A DNA stretch of 63,798 nt, the filler included, from Polymyxa betae A26-41 (taxonomy: Eukaryota; Protista; Endomyxa: Phytomyxea): the NCBI GenBank assembly GCA_003693705.1. It is 9 parts of 9 records of this genome, joined end to end, with 100 filler letters (N's around TTAATTAATTAA, not from the genome) between each part and the next. Parts side by side here need not be neighbours in the genome. Positions count along the whole stretch, not along the records: positions 60,587 to 63,798 come from RBZT01000808.1; 8 more parts are not named here. One strand, written 5' to 3'. Shown here one piece after another: positions 60,487 through 63,798 of this stretch (positions are counted from its first letter, which is position 1; every line of letters begins with the position of its first letter). The position numbers and the translations under genes are program-made. Under the pieces are notes generated by a model. That model was not told the origin of the DNA. It saw only the letters and a list, made by a program, of their open reading frames with translations, and made no database searches.

Positions 60487-60899
60487 NNNNNNNNNNNNNN
60501 NNNNNNNNNNNNNNNNNNNNNNNNNNNNNNTTAATTAATTAANNNNNNNNNNNNNNNNNNNNNNNNNNNNNNNNNNNNNNNNNNNNAATCAGATTATCAC
60601 AGGTTCCGGGCTTCGGACTTCATAATACGGTCCGAATTGCTGCAATTTCCCGACGAAAATCTGCGTTGGATTCTGGCCGCAAATTCCTGAAAATTTGAAA
60701 AAAAAATCATTAAAAACTATCAACTAAGGATAGGGACAGTACGTCTGCGGAAACGGCGTTGAGATTGGCGGCGGCATTCTTGAGCACAAGGGCTGTGATA
60801 TCAGATAGGAGGGAAAGCTCCTGTAGGTTCAGATTCGCCTCCGATGGGGACAGCACTGTGTATCGTAAGGTCGGCAAACTGTTACCGTACCGACGCGTG

Positions 60900-61582
60900 T
60901 AACATCAGATGGACCTTTCTTAGGCAGGTCGCCGTGAGCGTCGTCCAGCTGTTCGAACAGTTTCTGGTTGCCGGCCGTGACGGCTCCTTTCGATATCTTT
61001 GTCACCTCGATCAGTTCTGTAATCCATATCAGCATCAGCGTGATAATCCAGTAGACATCCAACGCCGTAATGCAAGTCGAGTCTCGAGACGTTCCTGATC
61101 GCTATAGAGACGTGATTAGATGTTGGCGGGAGAGAGCTCTCTCTAGACACCTCTGTATATTGGGCACACATAATAGCCGTATACGATCTGTATATTGGTG
61201 ATGCAGACTGAGATTGGGGATCTCCATTTAGATGGAGGTCTATGAGACTGTCAACAATGTAACCGGCACGAATTGGTGAATGAAAATATGCGCCGATTTC
61301 AATGACCGACAAAACCGCAGATTGTTTGCCACGCAGTTTTCTACACTCTGTTTTCTTCGCACTTTGTTTTCTACTCACCTTTGTTTTGCTTCGAATTGCA
61401 TTGTCAATTTGTTCATTGGAGTGGAACTGAGAATACAGCGACCAACAGCAAACCTGGCACTGCGTTTGCTGCCAGGTTTGCTGTTCCATATGGCTACTAA
61501 GAAAACACACCATAGAGACCGGAATCAGGACTGTTTATTCGAACGATCAGATCCAGCTTGGTCAGAACTGGAGTTGAAATAA
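60900..61582 (+). mobile_element. Heavily degraded Copia RT/RNase H remnant
   Basis: GDAD*DWG, ELRIQRPT and HMATKKTHH resemble Copia RNase H motifs. Confidence 0.45.
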
Positions 61583-62249
61583 CGCGACGGGCTTGTTGAT
61601 TAGGAACTGCAGAGACAGCTGAAAACCTATAATTCTAAATCCTAATTCCAAAATTCCTTCCAACAGCTAATTTTCTCATGTTGATTGTGATAATCATTAA
61701 ATAACCTAGAAACAGAGACGTTCTTGAATTAAACACGCAATGTTTGATTCTCCCTTTTGACTATCAAACATTGCCAGCAATCTTTGAACATTTGATGATG
61801 GAGGATACTTCAAATTTGGACAATATCTGGCTGTCCCGATACAAAATATGAATGATGATTGGAGATCCACTCTTGGGAAATTTTTCGACTCTGTCCTCTT
61901 AATTTGGATTCAATCACAAAAAAACGCCGGAATTTGATTGCTTTTATGTCAGTATGATTCCAAAATAGAGCAGATTGAGATACGACGGTGTCTTTTCAGA
62001 GAAAGCAAATTGATGGTATCTGTTGGAGCGTCCAGTTTGAGCAGATTAAACGAGAATCTGAATCATCTCACAAAATAAGTGCGTCAATTTTACAGTAAAG
62101 TTTGCACGACTTAAAATTTACGCACAAAGTTTGGAGATTGACTGATTGGCTCCCAAATCCCCTCTGAAGTCGCGTCGTTTATATGGGTGAATTTCATGAA
62201 CATTAAATATGCTATGAAGGGAAGTGATGATCTTCGATCTCTGTTCTGC

Positions 62250-63221
62250 ATGAATACACTTTCAGACCTACCAGATGATATCATATTTCAGATATCTGAT
62301 CTCTGTGATCTCAAATCTATCTATAACCTTATTTACTGCTCTATCAGACTCCATCAAATACTGCAGCCTCTCACTATAATCCACCTATTATTCGGTCCTA
62401 TTTCAACTTTCGAAACTGATCCTCGCGTCATATCTGAATTGATCAAACGCTTAGCCGTGCTGGCCCAAACGAACACACGAGTACTGGGGCAACTTCGTCA
62501 CAGAATTCTGCATCATACAGCTATCAGGCGGATTGATAGATTAGTGAATGAGGTTTATTACAAGACTGTCTTGGATTATCTCATACAAGATTTAAAGTTA
62601 GAAATATTTATTGATATATGTCCGGGAATATTTCTACATTATTATATGAATAGAAGATCTCACAGTCCAGTATTCCTCGATAATCTCCATCATTCGTTAC
62701 ATACTGTGATGTCAAGACCTGTCACTTCTATACAAATCGGATCCTTTCATCAGCTGATTCTGAACAATATTGAAATCTATTTTCTAGCGTTTTCTGATGA
62801 AATCGAAAAGAGGATGAACGGTCTCGCCCTTCTCCAAGATTTGCGATCTTTGTTTCCGGAAAATGTCCGGAAACTTGCTACCAGAATAGGAATGTTTCCA
62901 GATTCTTACTCAACTCTCATGTCTGCACCTCCATCGTTATCAGAATCGAACATCTTATTCAATCCATCTGTTCTGCTCTCATTTCTTCGTATCGGAATCC
63001 GCTTCAATTTCGATGATTATTGCAACATGACACGGCTCGCTGCATCAGAAGTGGAGACAGTATTCTCATATCTGTCTCCTTTCTCATACACACTTTCTTC
63101 CAAACATATTCAATACTGCTGTAAATCCAATGTATTCGCAAAGATTTGTAAAATTCCAAACTTTATCAAAGATGTGATGAGCGAAACCTCTATTATGAGG
63201 GTGTTACAAATGACAGATTAA
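62250..63221 (+). CDS. F-box protein, family Z (likely start MNTLSDLPDD)
   Basis: LSDLPDDIIFQISDLCDLKSIYNLIYCSIRLHQIL is an F-box consensus; NPSVLLSFLRIGIR; long intronless ORF. Confidence 0.8.
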   Translation: MNTLSDLPDDIIFQISDLCDLKSIYNLIYCSIRLHQILQPLTIIHLLFGPISTFETDPRVISELIKRLAVLAQTNTRVLGQLRHRILHHTAIRRIDRLVNEVYYKTVLDYLIQDLKLEIFIDICPGIFLHYYMNRRSHSPVFLDNLHHSLHTVMSRPVTSIQIGSFHQLILNNIEIYFLAFSDEIEKRMNGLALLQDLRSLFPENVRKLATRIGMFPDSYSTLMSAPPSLSESNILFNPSVLLSFLRIGIRFNFDDYCNMTRLAASEVETVFSYLSPFSYTLSSKHIQYCCKSNVFAKICKIPNFIKDVMSETSIMRVLQMTD

Positions 63222-63352
63222 GCTCTTTGTATGAGAAACTAAATAAACTCGGAGTTTCTGACAAGATCAAAACATGGCCCTGATAAGCTTTCGAATTGGA
63301 TTTCATTCGTCTAGTTCGTTGATCTGTGTCAACAAGCGGTGCTGTAACCTAA

Positions 63353-63796
63353 GAGCATCTCCACCGCCAAAGACTCAAACCTGAACCTTTCCTATTTGCT
63401 GCCACTCTGTGATTGTCTGTAATAAAATAGGGTTTAAACTTCCCCTCTTCACCGCCTCTTGACCTAAACCTATTCAAGTGCTGTTTGATTCGAACAATGA
63501 ATAGTTGGAGTTTCGCTCTCCCATATGATGACACACTTGATCTTCTGATCGAGTATCAACTTAGGCTGCAAAAGAAAACTCAAAAAACCCATGGTGGATG
63601 GAAACCCGGCAAGAAACCCAATCGCTCTCGTGGATTTGAAGGTCACCGGCAGATCATGGGAGATTATCTTGTTCCGAATCCTGTTTATGGCGAAGAGCTC
63701 TTTGAGCGTCGATTCCGAAAGCCATCCACTTTTCAAAAGGATCCTCGACGAACTGCCTTTGCACTCGCCATTTGGGTCGCCGCTGTGGAGATGCTC
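63353..63796 (+). mobile_element. PIF/Harbinger deletion derivative (Tourist-like) with transposase N-terminal remnant
   Basis: 12-bp TIR GAGCATCTCCAC at both ends; TAA on the left and TA (window end) on the right; EGHRQIMGDYLVPNPVYGEELFERRFR. Confidence 0.88.
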
Positions 63797-63798
63797 TA

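Overview
Eukaryotic, transposon-dense draft sequence with short (about 45-60 nt) GT-AG introns. It resembles a protist or fungus-like biotroph; a plasmodiophorid is plausible but cannot be shown from this window. Eight synthetic N-TTAATTAATTAA-N linkers join separate contigs, so adjacency across them is not biological. Most of the window is decayed mobile DNA: Ty3/Gypsy (including a chromovirus), Ty1/Copia, LINE, MULE, CACTA-like, Helitron, pogo, PIF/Harbinger and hAT-like elements, plus a long-TIR element with a 6-bp TSD. Embedded host features: (i) three paralogs of a family I do not recognise, with signal peptide, NLS-like motifs and 2-3 copies of a Cys-rich C-x-PVL-x-C-xxx-CC...RWG domain built from intron-bounded modules (the best candidate for an undescribed system, possibly nucleus-targeted effectors); (ii) a tandem pair of 119-aa secreted proteins with RAIP/TOS-like linear motifs; (iii) an F-box/ankyrin-like family with 2-3 copies; (iv) a GC-rich intronless DUF4336/MBL-fold gene; (v) a tRNA-Leu(CAG) and a 56-nt D-armless tRNA-like gene; (vi) a PhyH-like dioxygenase pseudogene. 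All family assignments come from recognising motifs by eye; no database search was run.
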